Below are positions 32,973-43,683 of a stretch of DNA of 64,000 nucleotides, piece by piece. The position numbers were made by a program, and so were the translations under genes. The stretch is from an uncultured bacterium (GTDB lineage Bacteria > Babelota > Babeliae > Babelales > Babelaceae). The DNA is taken from contig CAWFXL010000001.1 of the NCBI GenBank assembly GCA_963819815.1, positions 1,056,001 to 1,120,000 on the forward strand, in the 5' to 3' direction. Below the pieces are notes generated by a model. It made no database searches. It was not told where the DNA came from and saw nothing but the letters and a program-made list of their open reading frames with translations. Positions within the stretch are counted from its first letter, which is position 1, and every line of letters starts with the position of its first letter.

Positions 32973-33803
32973 ATGTTGCGACAATTAATTACATTAATGA
33001 TCTGTTTTTCATGGTTTGTTTCTGCATTTGGAGAAACTCTAGATAGCATCGAATTTGTCTTTGTTATTCCATCATTCAATAATGAAAAATATTATGAGAA
33101 AAATCTCGATTCAATTTGTTATCAAGCTTCAACCCGACCATACCAGGTAATATACGTCAATGATTGCTCATCAGACAGGACTGGAGAGTTAGTTGATGCA
33201 TATGTTAAGCAACGTAATTTGGAAGATAAAGTACAAGTGATTCATAATAAAGAACGCCTTGGAAGTGGAGTCGCCAATATATATAATGCGATACATTCCT
33301 ATGTAGAGGATCATATAATTGTTGTGTTAGTAGATGGAGACGATACATTACCCCATAATAATATACTTACAATTCTTGAAAGTTATTACAAAAATCCTGA
33401 TGTTTGGGTGACGCATAGTAAAATTAAGAAAATCCCCACAGGTGACATTCTAGGTGAACCTGTACCTCAATGGATGTATGAGAGTGGTCAGCTTCGAGAG
33501 GAAATTCGCTGGCACCACCTGACTGGATTAAGAGCTTTTAGAGCCGCCTTATTCAAAAAGGTTTTCAAAGAAGATCTTTTTTACAAAGGTAAATTTATGA
33601 CGGTAAATTGGGATTATGGCTTTTACCTTCCGATGATTGAAATGAGTGGCCCAAATCATTATTTCTTCATAAATGAAATTCTCTATCTCTATCAAGTTGA
33701 TACGGGCATAAATGACTTTACAGTAAGAAGATATCTACAGGATGAGGTAGATTCTTATATAAGACAACTTAAGAAATATACTCAAATTTCAAAATTATTT
33801 TAG
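32973..33803 (+). CDS. GT2 glycosyltransferase (paralog 6)
   Basis: IPSFNN, VNDCSSD and VDGDD motifs. Confidence 0.85.
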   Translation: MLRQLITLMICFSWFVSAFGETLDSIEFVFVIPSFNNEKYYEKNLDSICYQASTRPYQVIYVNDCSSDRTGELVDAYVKQRNLEDKVQVIHNKERLGSGVANIYNAIHSYVEDHIIVVLVDGDDTLPHNNILTILESYYKNPDVWVTHSKIKKIPTGDILGEPVPQWMYESGQLREEIRWHHLTGLRAFRAALFKKVFKEDLFYKGKFMTVNWDYGFYLPMIEMSGPNHYFFINEILYLYQVDTGINDFTVRRYLQDEVDSYIRQLKKYTQISKLF

Positions 33804-33843
33804 ATATTAAAGAACCTGGATTTTTTACAAGAAAGGACAAGAA

Positions 33844-34674
33844 GTGAAGAGTTTTTTTATTCTGATGTTTATTACTATGCTACCAAATTTATTATTCGGT
33901 AGAGATGACGAACGAAGTCTATGTGAATTTGTCCTGATAATACCTTCATTCAATAATGAAAAATATTATAAAGAAAATCTAGACTCAGCTTGTTGGCAAT
34001 GTTCTACAAATCCCTACCATATATATTACATTAATGATGCTTCGACAGATGCAACCGGACGACTTGTTGCAGAGTATATTAAAGAAAATGGACTAGAAGA
34101 CAAAATTACTTTGGTAAATAATGAGCAAAATATAGGTGGAGCAGCTAATATCTACAACACTATCTATAAGTATATCGAGGATAACAAAATAGTAGTCTTG
34201 CTTGATGGGGATGATCTATTTCCTCATGACAATGTGCTTCTTACACTTGAAAAGTACTATCGCGATCCTGACATATGGCTGACACATGGCGTTTATGAAA
34301 CTATCCCCGGAAAGGACAAACTTGGATATAAGATATCAGATGAAATTTGTAAAAATAATCAAATAAGAGAAAAGGCATGGGCCACTCATCTCAAAACTTT
34401 TAAAGCTGGTCTTTTTAAGAAAATTAGAACGGAAGATTTCTATTATGAAGGCGAGCTCGCGAGGGTCGCTTGGGATCTTGCAATGATGTTGCCTATGCTT
34501 GAGATGTGCAATTCTCCCAAGAAAAAACACTGGGCCTTCACTTGGGAAGTATTATATCTTTATCGTACCAACAATCCCATCAGTGAATTTAGAATTAGAC
34601 CTAAATTAGAGCTCGATGCAGCATACTATATTAGGAGCTTGCCTCCTTACGAACCTCTTGACGTGCTTAATTAA
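33844..34674 (+). CDS. GT2 glycosyltransferase (paralog 7)
   Basis: IPSFNN, INDASTD, LDGDD and HLKTFK motifs. Confidence 0.85.
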   Translation: MKSFFILMFITMLPNLLFGRDDERSLCEFVLIIPSFNNEKYYKENLDSACWQCSTNPYHIYYINDASTDATGRLVAEYIKENGLEDKITLVNNEQNIGGAANIYNTIYKYIEDNKIVVLLDGDDLFPHDNVLLTLEKYYRDPDIWLTHGVYETIPGKDKLGYKISDEICKNNQIREKAWATHLKTFKAGLFKKIRTEDFYYEGELARVAWDLAMMLPMLEMCNSPKKKHWAFTWEVLYLYRTNNPISEFRIRPKLELDAAYYIRSLPPYEPLDVLN

Positions 34675-34981
34675 AGCACAGACGCCATCGTGCTATTGGT
34701 AGTATTGTGCAATTGGTATTGATGATATAGATTATTGATTACTGCTCAATAACTTGTAGGAATTCTTTTCTAATTGGCTGAATAATATTTTGGGCCTACA
34801 CATTGAGCATTCTTTAGTTTGAATAAGTATGGAATTCTATTAGTTTGATTTTAAGTAAACAGTAGCTTAGACTTTCCAGCTAACTTTCATCTTTCTCTGA
34901 GAGCATCAGCTATATGTTTTGTTTCCGTAATATTTTTTGCTGCTGGCATATTTAAGCAAATTTATTTAGGCTTTAACCATA

Positions 34982-35158
34982 CAAAGAAAGTCACGCCTTA
35001 AAAAGAGTCAACTTTTCAAAACTTGTGGAACATTTCGTAGCTGGATCAACAATACAACGGCTGATCTGATAGGCATAAACAGATATACCGCTACTAATTA
35101 TCCTTTTCGGGAAATTATAGCCTTGAAAATTGAAGATGAATCTCCTGTTAAAGTTGGT
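34982..35158 (+). mobile_element. IS1595-family (IS1016-like) transposase N-terminal remnant
   Basis: Frameshifted RKSRLKKSQ.KLVEHFVAGST..TADLIGINRYTA..REIIA resembles the IS1016-type N-terminus. Confidence 0.65.
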
Positions 35159-35247
35159 AAAACTCCTTATGCAATATCACTTCTAGCAAGAAATTAGCCG
35201 ATTGGGATTGCTAAAAAAACTCCGGAAAAAAGATTTAGAAAAGCTGG

Positions 35248-35985
35248 CTAGTAAAGCAGAGGAATATAGGGATGTAAGCGCGCGAGATTACATGATTTTG
35301 AAAATTTCCGCGCATATAATACTTTTTCATCGATGGCTTTTAAAATTTTGATGAAATAAGGGTCTGTATCAAGGTCTTTAAAAAAGTGCGGGTGAAAAGC
35401 TCCCTTTTTCTCCCATATAACAAGAGTTGCACTATTGTTTACTACCTCATGGAGTACATTATTATGAGCCAAGAGCGTTGCAGGGTAATGCTCCTGGTCA
35501 TGTGGGTAATGCTCAAAGAGCCTAATATATTTTTCATCGTTAACCATTAAAGTAGCATGGTTTCTGTTGAGGACAATCCATTGCGAGTTTTTATATATAT
35601 CTGACAGGGGGCCAAATCTTCTGTTACCGTGAGGATTTTTTCTGTAGGTAAACTCACTATAAGGATGCCTTAAAAGTTTTACATAGGCTTCTTCGAAGGT
35701 CGAGAGTGGTATGGTAGATTCGGACAAAAATACAAATTTTTCATTATGAGTGTCTTTGAGAGCTGCCTTAAGTAGAGCTATCTGGGCTTTCATGGTATTT
35801 GCCCACGTCGTCTGAACCCTTTCTTGGATAATTGTAGGAGTAAAAAAAGAGTTGGCATCTAATCCGCTAGCAGTATGCACATATAACGAATAGTATTCTT
35901 GATAACCTTCAAAATATTTAATCCATGCAGCCTCGTGAAAGATATTTCCTACCGTCAGAAAAAGGAATGCGATTTTCGGTACCAT
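35248..35985 (-). CDS. GT14 / Core-2 I-branching-like glycosyltransferase
   Basis: KIAFLFL, YSLYVH, TTW, FVFLSESTIPL, SQWIVLNR, DQEHY and ARKF motifs. Confidence 0.8.
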   Translation of the reverse strand: MVPKIAFLFLTVGNIFHEAAWIKYFEGYQEYYSLYVHTASGLDANSFFTPTIIQERVQTTWANTMKAQIALLKAALKDTHNEKFVFLSESTIPLSTFEEAYVKLLRHPYSEFTYRKNPHGNRRFGPLSDIYKNSQWIVLNRNHATLMVNDEKYIRLFEHYPHDQEHYPATLLAHNNVLHEVVNNSATLVIWEKKGAFHPHFFKDLDTDPYFIKILKAIDEKVLYARKFSKSCNLARLHPYIPLLY

Positions 35986-36127
35986 GAGTAAGCTCCTGAT
36001 GATGGTTGAGGAATTGTCACAGAACAACTATCAATATAGTGATGCTTTAAGCCTTAAATTGCGATGTACAACTACCTGCACAATTGATAAGGCTCAAAAA
36101 TCCACATCGCGTCTTTTGAGTTATCCT

Positions 36128-37162
36128 TTAGATAGCACTTTCAGGAAGATAACTTTTAAGGAATGCCTCTCTAACACCCTCAATTTTTGTTTTCCAGTAA
36201 GCTACATAAAGCCTTTCAATATTATACGTTTTTGAGGAGATCTCTTCGTACTTCTGTAATAAAAATTGAGGAGTTATACTTTCCCATTCATCAATAATAA
36301 GAATGGGTAAATCTTCATAGAGGGTATCAAGTTGGCTTCCCTTAGGCGAAGAAAGTGTCGATTTCTGTCCAGGATCAGCCATGTCATCATCCCCCACTAT
36401 CAATGCATCAAATTGACAACGTTTTACTACAGGTATTGTGCCTACAAGAAGCGCTTCCCACGTTCTATAACAATCTGGGCCCCACCCGCGAGGAGACAGG
36501 GCAAACTTGTAGTGGGCCATCTCCTCAAGATAATCTTTAAAAGGAATAAAAGCTTGTCGTATAGTAAAGTCGCAACATTCCTTAAAAAGCTTTTCCACAA
36601 AATGGCGTTCAGGATTTTGTTCGCTTGACCAATTTAGATACGCTAGCTCCTTCTTAGGAATAGCACGACACTTTTTAATACAGTCATGAAGATCTGGTTC
36701 CTTATATTCCTTTTGAGAAATACCTATCGGAAGAGGAAAAAATTTCTTATGACCTTGCTTGGGAGGATGGATACTAAACCATGCAATAATTTTACTATCT
36801 TCAAGAAACGTCAAGTGATATTCCATGCATGTATCACGGAACTCACCATGAGTTATTATGATATAGGGCACCATTATTTTAGGATGCATTTCCTCAAAAA
36901 ACTTTTCAAGATCCCGCACAAAAATAATATCACCAGTCTTTACATCAGGAGGATTGAAGCTAACTCCGCCTGGCTCTAAACTTGTTGGATGAGCCCAGGA
37001 TATCGTCCTAGGATCATAGACATGGTTACATATTTTTTGAAACCCCCATCGAATGATAAAATCATCGCCATCATAAGGGGTATAGGTAATACAAAAACTC
37101 ATAAAAGATACAGAAACTGCAACATACGTAATTGCAAAAATTCTTCTAAAAATCGGTACCAT
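36128..37162 (-). CDS. Exostosin/GT47-like glycosyltransferase (paralog 1)
   Basis: FALSPRGWGPDCYRTWEALLVGTIPV. Confidence 0.75.
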   Translation of the reverse strand: MVPIFRRIFAITYVAVSVSFMSFCITYTPYDGDDFIIRWGFQKICNHVYDPRTISWAHPTSLEPGGVSFNPPDVKTGDIIFVRDLEKFFEEMHPKIMVPYIIITHGEFRDTCMEYHLTFLEDSKIIAWFSIHPPKQGHKKFFPLPIGISQKEYKEPDLHDCIKKCRAIPKKELAYLNWSSEQNPERHFVEKLFKECCDFTIRQAFIPFKDYLEEMAHYKFALSPRGWGPDCYRTWEALLVGTIPVVKRCQFDALIVGDDDMADPGQKSTLSSPKGSQLDTLYEDLPILIIDEWESITPQFLLQKYEEISSKTYNIERLYVAYWKTKIEGVREAFLKSYLPESAI

Positions 37163-37216
37163 TTTCTCTCCCTGCTTCCACAAGCATGTTTTTTCAAGTA
37201 TTAGTTTTCATAATTT

Positions 37217-38317
37217 TCATTTCACACTTCCCGTATATGGGTAATCTGACAAGACCACATAAGCGTCGTTACATACTCCTTGTAAGACGTTAATTTTTTC
37301 GATATGTTCTATGTCCTGTTCATACCCTTCCTTTTTAAGTAACCAAAATCCCGCTTGAGACCCTGCTAGAGCGCCCACAAGAGTAGCATATAACTCATTA
37401 TCTCCACCTGCATGAACACTATCCATAAGCGATCCCCCAAAATTTCGGTCGTATCTCATTAAACAATATATTATACCCCCAAGTACTTCAGCTGACTTAT
37501 ATCCTTGCCAACTTCCAGATAAAGTTTTATAGCCTATCCTTGTACCAAGGACTTCTTTGGGCTTGGCACCACTTTCGGCTTTCTTAAGAGCATTGCGAAT
37601 ATATTCGCTTGGACGACTTTCAAGACGTTTTAGTTTAAACATGGTCTCATATTTTTCTGCAGTCGAAGTCATAATGCTGATAACCTTTTCAATTGAATCT
37701 CCTCGTGTTGAACATGCTAATCCTACCGCAAGAACAATCCCTGTTATTCTCGTTAAAGGATTATTGTCAGTAAGCTGAATTTGCAAATCAGCTATTCTCT
37801 CTACATACTCTAAATTATCAAGGAATACTATTCCTACAGGAAGCGCTCTTACCAGTGCGCGTGCATTTACTTTCGCGTCAACTTCTCCTTTATTTTTGGG
37901 CGTGAAGTGGCGAGAATTATAAAAACAGTCAGATGACGCAGCACTAAGCAACTTAGTAAGCGATTTTGAGCATAGATCTGAGATGCGCTTCGGGCTATAG
38001 TTTAGACGTCGACCTTCTATGAGACTTTCAAGTTGATTCATAAGAATAAGAGTATTTTCTGTTCCAATTCCTATGCCAACTTTTTTTGAATCATAGACCC
38101 AATCTTCTATACTGAAATCTTTAAAAGACGTTATAGGCTTGAGAAGGTCCACCAGATTCGAGCGATTAGTAGCCACTCGGGCATATGCATCACCTAATGC
38201 GGCTCCCATAAGTGCTCCTTTGATGTGAGATTGAACTAACACATCGATAGCATTACAATTATTAAAAGATAGCAATATCACCTGTATGCTAATCAATAAG
38301 CAAATGCTGGTCCTCAT
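37217..38317 (-). CDS. ADP-ribosylglycohydrolase-fold protein with signal-like N-terminus
   Basis: GALMGAALGDA; ALVRALP; GGDNELYATLVGALAG. Confidence 0.7.
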   Translation of the reverse strand: MRTSICLLISIQVILLSFNNCNAIDVLVQSHIKGALMGAALGDAYARVATNRSNLVDLLKPITSFKDFSIEDWVYDSKKVGIGIGTENTLILMNQLESLIEGRRLNYSPKRISDLCSKSLTKLLSAASSDCFYNSRHFTPKNKGEVDAKVNARALVRALPVGIVFLDNLEYVERIADLQIQLTDNNPLTRITGIVLAVGLACSTRGDSIEKVISIMTSTAEKYETMFKLKRLESRPSEYIRNALKKAESGAKPKEVLGTRIGYKTLSGSWQGYKSAEVLGGIIYCLMRYDRNFGGSLMDSVHAGGDNELYATLVGALAGSQAGFWLLKKEGYEQDIEHIEKINVLQGVCNDAYVVLSDYPYTGSVK

Positions 38318-38328
38318 TGAAAACTCCT

Positions 38329-39693
38329 TCAAAGTTGTTTACTCATTACTGTGGGAATATTAAATGTCTTTGGTACAAGGTCTTTATAATTTTGCCAATA
38401 AAGTAGGTTCTTTTCCTTGATATACTCATTTTTAATCAGCTTCTTAAAATCAAGTTCCATAAACCAATCCAGATTTACACCAATTGATTCTTTTTGTAAA
38501 AGCTTGTCTTTTAATGACCGAAGCTCCCAAAGAGTCCAATAGAGCTGTTTATTCTTTAAATAATGTTGAGCTTCCTCAATAATCTGATTTTGTGAGATAT
38601 TAAATCCATATAAGCTCGGATCAGCGCCTAATGCGAACAACATGAATGCGGTTGGAATGCACTTAGAGCAATTCTGATGTAAACAATTTGCAGCATTTTT
38701 ACTATCGCATGCTTTTAATTTCGGTGCAGAATCAATAACCCCATCTGCAACCAAATTAAGCAGAAACTCTATTTTATCAGCGCGTGAATACTCAAATTGA
38801 TCATGTTCAAGTCTGAAATGACTCGCAATGCGAAGGCTATTATCTATAACTGGATTTGCTGATGAAGGCCAAGGATACTCCCAGGTATATGAAGCGGCAA
38901 TCCGTGCTAATGAATAACCCTTACTAAATAAAAGAGGCATTGCGAGACCAAAGATTCCCATTCCTTCACAAGTATCTAAGCGCCAGGAAGTAATTTCTTC
39001 GCTTAGGCTCTCAAGCCGATCCCAATTAAGGAACTCAAAAAAGTTTGACTCAATAAAGGCATTAGTAAATCCATATTTTTCAGCAAAAGCTCGTATATCT
39101 TTTTCTCTTTCCTCCCAAAGAACAGCATTCCCTAAAGGAACATCCCACTGGCCTCGGACTGTTATTAGAAGTAGCTTCTTATCAAGATTTGAAAGAGCAG
39201 AGGTTGTTGAATCAAGACCTCCACTAAAAAAAAGGGCCAATTCCTTTTCCCGATCTTTTAAATGTTCCTGAGAAATATTCTTTACTAATGCTCTTGGAAT
39301 TAGTCGACCATTCCATGAGGTATCTGGATACATGCGGGATAGCACTTTTTTTATCCTGATAAGAGAATAATGGAGATCTTCATCCATGGTATCTATATAA
39401 TAGTCTTCCCCCGAAATCCAGATTATGGAAATAATATTAAGTATGAAAGGTATGGTAACAATTGATTGGTTAAACAGGGTCAGATCCATTTCGGGCTCAT
39501 TATAGGTAACAAAGAAGTTATCCTTGAGATATTCTTTTTTAAACCCTTCCTCAACCTCTATAGATACCTTATTTTTCTCTACAATCATCTTGGAAATAAT
39601 ATTTTTTCCATCTTGCATTATATAAGCAAGTACTTGAGAGCCCCCAAGGGAGCTCATAATAAGCGTGCTATAAAATAATTTTGTTAGCTTCAA
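38329..39693 (-). CDS. PP-loop protein (paralog 4)
   Basis: LFFSGGLDS; AC...CLHQNCSKC. Confidence 0.7.
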   Translation of the reverse strand: MKLTKLFYSTLIMSSLGGSQVLAYIMQDGKNIISKMIVEKNKVSIEVEEGFKKEYLKDNFFVTYNEPEMDLTLFNQSIVTIPFILNIISIIWISGEDYYIDTMDEDLHYSLIRIKKVLSRMYPDTSWNGRLIPRALVKNISQEHLKDREKELALFFSGGLDSTTSALSNLDKKLLLITVRGQWDVPLGNAVLWEEREKDIRAFAEKYGFTNAFIESNFFEFLNWDRLESLSEEITSWRLDTCEGMGIFGLAMPLLFSKGYSLARIAASYTWEYPWPSSANPVIDNSLRIASHFRLEHDQFEYSRADKIEFLLNLVADGVIDSAPKLKACDSKNAANCLHQNCSKCIPTAFMLFALGADPSLYGFNISQNQIIEEAQHYLKNKQLYWTLWELRSLKDKLLQKESIGVNLDWFMELDFKKLIKNEYIKEKNLLYWQNYKDLVPKTFNIPTVMSKQL

Positions 39694-39883
39694 CTTTTCT
39701 CCCTTTTATCCCACGCTGAGTTCATTAAAAATAGCTATAAGTAATTCTTAATGCCATAATAAACAAGTTCATAATATTGATTAGAATTAACATATCATGG
39801 GCAGTGACACGATTGCAATACCTTTGTAAATAATTTTGAAATGCAATAAAATGCCCACATGAAGCAATGAAAAATTACCCGTT

Positions 39884-41278
39884 TTAAGATATTTCTATAA
39901 CAGGTACATCTGGAATTACCAGCCCTGCAGGTGCAAGGTCTTTAAATTCTTGCCAATTAACCAGATGCCTTTCTTTGCAAGGTGCTATTGAAGCAGTCAA
40001 ATCTGCTTCCATAAACCAGTTAAATTTGCTATCGTATCCCCGCTTTTTCATCTTATTCCTTAAATCTTGCAACTCCCACATAGTACTATAAAGATGAGGC
40101 CGCTCAAGATAACTTTTAGCTCTATTTATCATTTCATCAATATCCAAGGTAAACCCATACAAATGAGGATCCTCACCTAATGCTAACAACATTAAAGATG
40201 TTGGAACGCATTTAGAGCAATCATCATCATAACAATGTTCACTCTGCCTACCATCGCATATTTTTAGCTGAGGCCTCTCTATGAGACCTTTTTTGACCAG
40301 ATCAATGATAAGCTCTATCTTATCTGCCCTTGATAAATCAAATTGATCATGGTCGAATCTAAAATTATTAGCAAATAGAATATTATTGTCAATGAGAGGA
40401 TTAGCTGAGGATGGCCATGGATATGTCCATGTATAAGATGATGCAATACGGAGAACTGAATAACCTTTTAAGTAGAGAAGAGGAACAACAAGACCAAATA
40501 ACCCTATTCCTTCTGCTGTATCAAAGCGCCAGGTCTCAATTTCAGGACTTAAGCTTTCTAAAAAATCCCAATTCAGGAATTCCGAAAAATTAGAACTAAC
40601 AAAGGTACTTGAATGACCATAATGCTTTGCCAAGCTCTGGGTAGCCTTTTTTTGCCTTTCCCAGATTCCACCATCATCAAGAGGAATATTCCAGTGGCCA
40701 CGTAGCGTAATAAGCAAAATTTTGCTATCTATGCTCGATAAAGCTGAGGTCGTAGAATCAAGTCCTCCACTAAACAGCAAAGCGAATTCTTTGTTAGGGT
40801 CCTTTAAAGGCACCCTTGGCATATTTTTTACAAGTCGACCTGGGATTAAGTTCCCTTCCCACTTTGTCTTTGGATAGAGCCGTTGTAAAATTTGTTTTAC
40901 TTTAACCAGGGAATAATATAAATCGATATCCAGCGAATCAATGTAATAATTTTTACCAGAAATCAAGATAATTGAATAGACATTCATGATGAAGGGTATA
41001 ATAAGCAAAGAACTATCAAGCGAAGAAAGATCAATATCTTGCGCATAGGATACAAAAAAATCGTCTACGAGATAGTCATTTTTAAATCCATCTGCCACTT
41101 CCACCTTAATGCTGTTTTTTGTTACCAAAACATTTTTTACGAGATTAATTGCTCGCGGAAAAGCAACCCCACAGTCTTCGTATATAGAAGCTATGCATTC
41201 CCTTTTTTTTTCAATCACAGAACAAAAAACTGGTAGGCTAAGTAATGATAAAATAATAGAAAAATAGCATTGCTTCAT
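39884..41278 (-). CDS. PP-loop protein (paralog 5)
   Basis: LLFSGGLDS; IC...CYDDDCSKC. Confidence 0.7.
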   Translation of the reverse strand: MKQCYFSIILSLLSLPVFCSVIEKKRECIASIYEDCGVAFPRAINLVKNVLVTKNSIKVEVADGFKNDYLVDDFFVSYAQDIDLSSLDSSLLIIPFIMNVYSIILISGKNYYIDSLDIDLYYSLVKVKQILQRLYPKTKWEGNLIPGRLVKNMPRVPLKDPNKEFALLFSGGLDSTTSALSSIDSKILLITLRGHWNIPLDDGGIWERQKKATQSLAKHYGHSSTFVSSNFSEFLNWDFLESLSPEIETWRFDTAEGIGLFGLVVPLLYLKGYSVLRIASSYTWTYPWPSSANPLIDNNILFANNFRFDHDQFDLSRADKIELIIDLVKKGLIERPQLKICDGRQSEHCYDDDCSKCVPTSLMLLALGEDPHLYGFTLDIDEMINRAKSYLERPHLYSTMWELQDLRNKMKKRGYDSKFNWFMEADLTASIAPCKERHLVNWQEFKDLAPAGLVIPDVPVIEIS

Positions 41279-41900
41279 CTGCTTTCCTTCATACGTAGAA
41301 ATTGTCCCCCTTCATCTTTCATAATAATATCATGATCGCATTATAAATTGCAACGGTTTATAGGAAAATTCTAAAATGGAAATAATATTCATTGATGGGC
41401 TTTTGAAAACTTCCTTTGATGGATATGCATAGATTAGTTTAGGCAGATCTCAAAGGATTGACCAAGTTGATAGGATATTGTTTTTTTAAAATTTAAATAT
41501 TTTATTTTGATTTGAAGATTTCTGCTATCTGATATTTGCGCTAAAGAAAAGTATCATAAATGGGATCGAAATTGTATGAACCTAAAAAAAAGGTTTTAAG
41601 CACTTTCGTTTATCTCAAACAAGAGGACGCATGGGGTTTAAATTTTGGGCCTCAAGAAAGCTCTTTAAAATACCCTTTCAATGGCAACCCAAGAAATAAC
41701 CTCAGTGATACCGCCCCCCCCGATAATAGTTATGTTCTTCATATTTATATTTAGGATTTTTTGAAGCAAAGAAAATCGGCTTATTATTTTGCGCTATCCC
41801 GGCTTTAGGTGGCCTAAAAAAATAGGGCACACTCATCTGAAAATTGGCTCAAATGATCATTGTGCCCTATCATTTCACATTGTATGGACAAATGCTATCT

Positions 41901-43046
41901 TTATGCTAAAGAAGCCTCAATACTGGAAATCTCAATTAACATTTTTTTCACCTGTTCTAAATCTACAATCGCGATTTTCGCTTCCACATCCTCAATACCA
42001 AAGGGTATGACTAATTTCTTACCCGAATGGTCTATGGTCATCGCAAGACACATTTCGACTCCAACGTGAGTAAAGGTAAAGGGTAGCGACAATTTTGTTA
42101 TAACAAAATTCTTGTCCATAAACACAAGCCTATGCGTATAGGAGCGATACACATGAGTTTCATGAACCATTGCAAGATAACCATCCTCAAACTCTACAGG
42201 AGCCGCCGAACCATGAAAATAAGTAAAATCTAATGTTGGGTCATAGGTAAAAACAGTTTGGGTTTCACCACTTTGGATGTTTGCCTCTATAATAACAAAA
42301 GGGTCGTAGATATAAATAAATCTAAGTTTATCTCCCGGAATATGCAGCCAATTTTTTTCCCACCGTTTTTCTTTTGGTCCAGTAAAAAAGGTAAAACTTT
42401 CTATCTTGGTTGGAAGAACATCCTGTGATCTAAAAAAGGTAAAACTTTCTATCTTGGTTGGAAGAACATCCCGTGATCCGTCTAACTTGCATGCTGAAAA
42501 CTTCTGTATTCTCTCCTTACCCTTAAGATAAAACCAACTCGAGAACCAGCTAGCGCCCTTCCAATTAAATAGTCTATGATCAATAAAAAGGAGATCTGGA
42601 GTTACAACATCTGCTATTAGATCAGTTGGTATCATAATTTCTTGCTCTCCCAAAAGGTTGAAAGATTTGTCATATCTCAGAAAGAATCCTCTATTTTTCC
42701 TAGCTTCTCCACCAGTTCCTTCCCAATTATCCTTTGTTAAATTACTAGTCCTACAAATCATGTCATAACCTAGATCTGTCTTGATGATGGAAGGATTATA
42801 GGCTGCGTATGTACCGCTACCATCCTTTAAAGGTGGCAATTTAAAAGAAATATCGATTATCTTTTCACATTCAAGATTTTTGACAACATTTGCTAATTCA
42901 TATCTATAATCAGCTTTAGGCCCTCCTCTACGTAGTAGAAGTCTATTCAGATCCTCCAGGGTCCATCTTTCTCCATCACCGCATACTACGGGAGCCCATA
43001 ATAATTGGGCAATAAGCCCCATATAAAATACAATGTTCATTAACAT
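41901..43046 (-). CDS. Beta-propeller glycosidase-like protein (paralog 3)
   Basis: YNPSII, EKNW, HGSAAP, VHE and YTHR motifs; paralog of 7110..8204. Confidence 0.65.
   Translation of the reverse strand: MLMNIVFYMGLIAQLLWAPVVCGDGERWTLEDLNRLLLRRGGPKADYRYELANVVKNLECEKIIDISFKLPPLKDGSGTYAAYNPSIIKTDLGYDMICRTSNLTKDNWEGTGGEARKNRGFFLRYDKSFNLLGEQEIMIPTDLIADVVTPDLLFIDHRLFNWKGASWFSSWFYLKGKERIQKFSACKLDGSRDVLPTKIESFTFFRSQDVLPTKIESFTFFTGPKEKRWEKNWLHIPGDKLRFIYIYDPFVIIEANIQSGETQTVFTYDPTLDFTYFHGSAAPVEFEDGYLAMVHETHVYRSYTHRLVFMDKNFVITKLSLPFTFTHVGVEMCLAMTIDHSGKKLVIPFGIEDVEAKIAIVDLEQVKKMLIEISSIEASLA
42384..42479. repeat. In-frame 48-bp tandem duplication
   Basis: Two copies of AAAAAAGGTAAAACTTTCTATCTTGGTTGGAAGAACATCCYGTGATCY. 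Confidence 0.92.
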
Positions 43047-43683
43047 AACTTTCTCCCCTATGTATCATAATAGAAACCAGTTCCATATATATGTTGCTAC
43101 TTAAATCGATAGAGCTTTAGCCAAAGCTACTTTTTTGATCTTAGGGCATTCATTACAGAGTGAATTTACCGTTTCATATACCACTTCACTTCGTTTTAAA
43201 CATCCTTCTTAAATTTCATCATATTATAATTACATTATAGATATCAATATTTAATAACGAATCTGCTATCGAATGATCTTGCTAACAGGAGATCTCAATC
43301 GGAGCTAAGGTTCTCATGCAATTTAATATTTTTCGAAAAAACAAAAAAAGAATCTTTTGGTCGACCAATTCAGGCATGAAATCTATAATTTATGATTAGG
43401 TTTGATCTAATGAAGAAAATACCAAAAAAAGGCTGCCAACATCTGACCCCATGGTCTATGATCCCAAATTGTGCCTAATTGCTCAAGCAAGTCTAAATAA
43501 CTATCACCAATAGTTTTACGAAAAAAGCTTGCATTTGATTTTTTGTTAGTGCTAGTATGAACATGAATTATGGGCCATCATGCCATACACTAAATTTCCT
43601 TTAGCTGGAATTCCTTATGAGCACGATGCAAATTGCATTAAAAAATGATACATGGGCAAGCAAGCCTTCTACAAAGGATGCTG

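Noticed and set aside
28632..41278. QueC-based anti-phage system (Qat, type IV CBASS) or queuosine synthesis
   Set aside because: No ATPase, TatD, cyclase, TGT or QueDE partners; proteins are long, signal-bearing and surrounded by glycosyltransferases.
41789..41890. IS200 TnpA N-terminal remnant (LSFHIVWT)
   Set aside because: Match too short to support.
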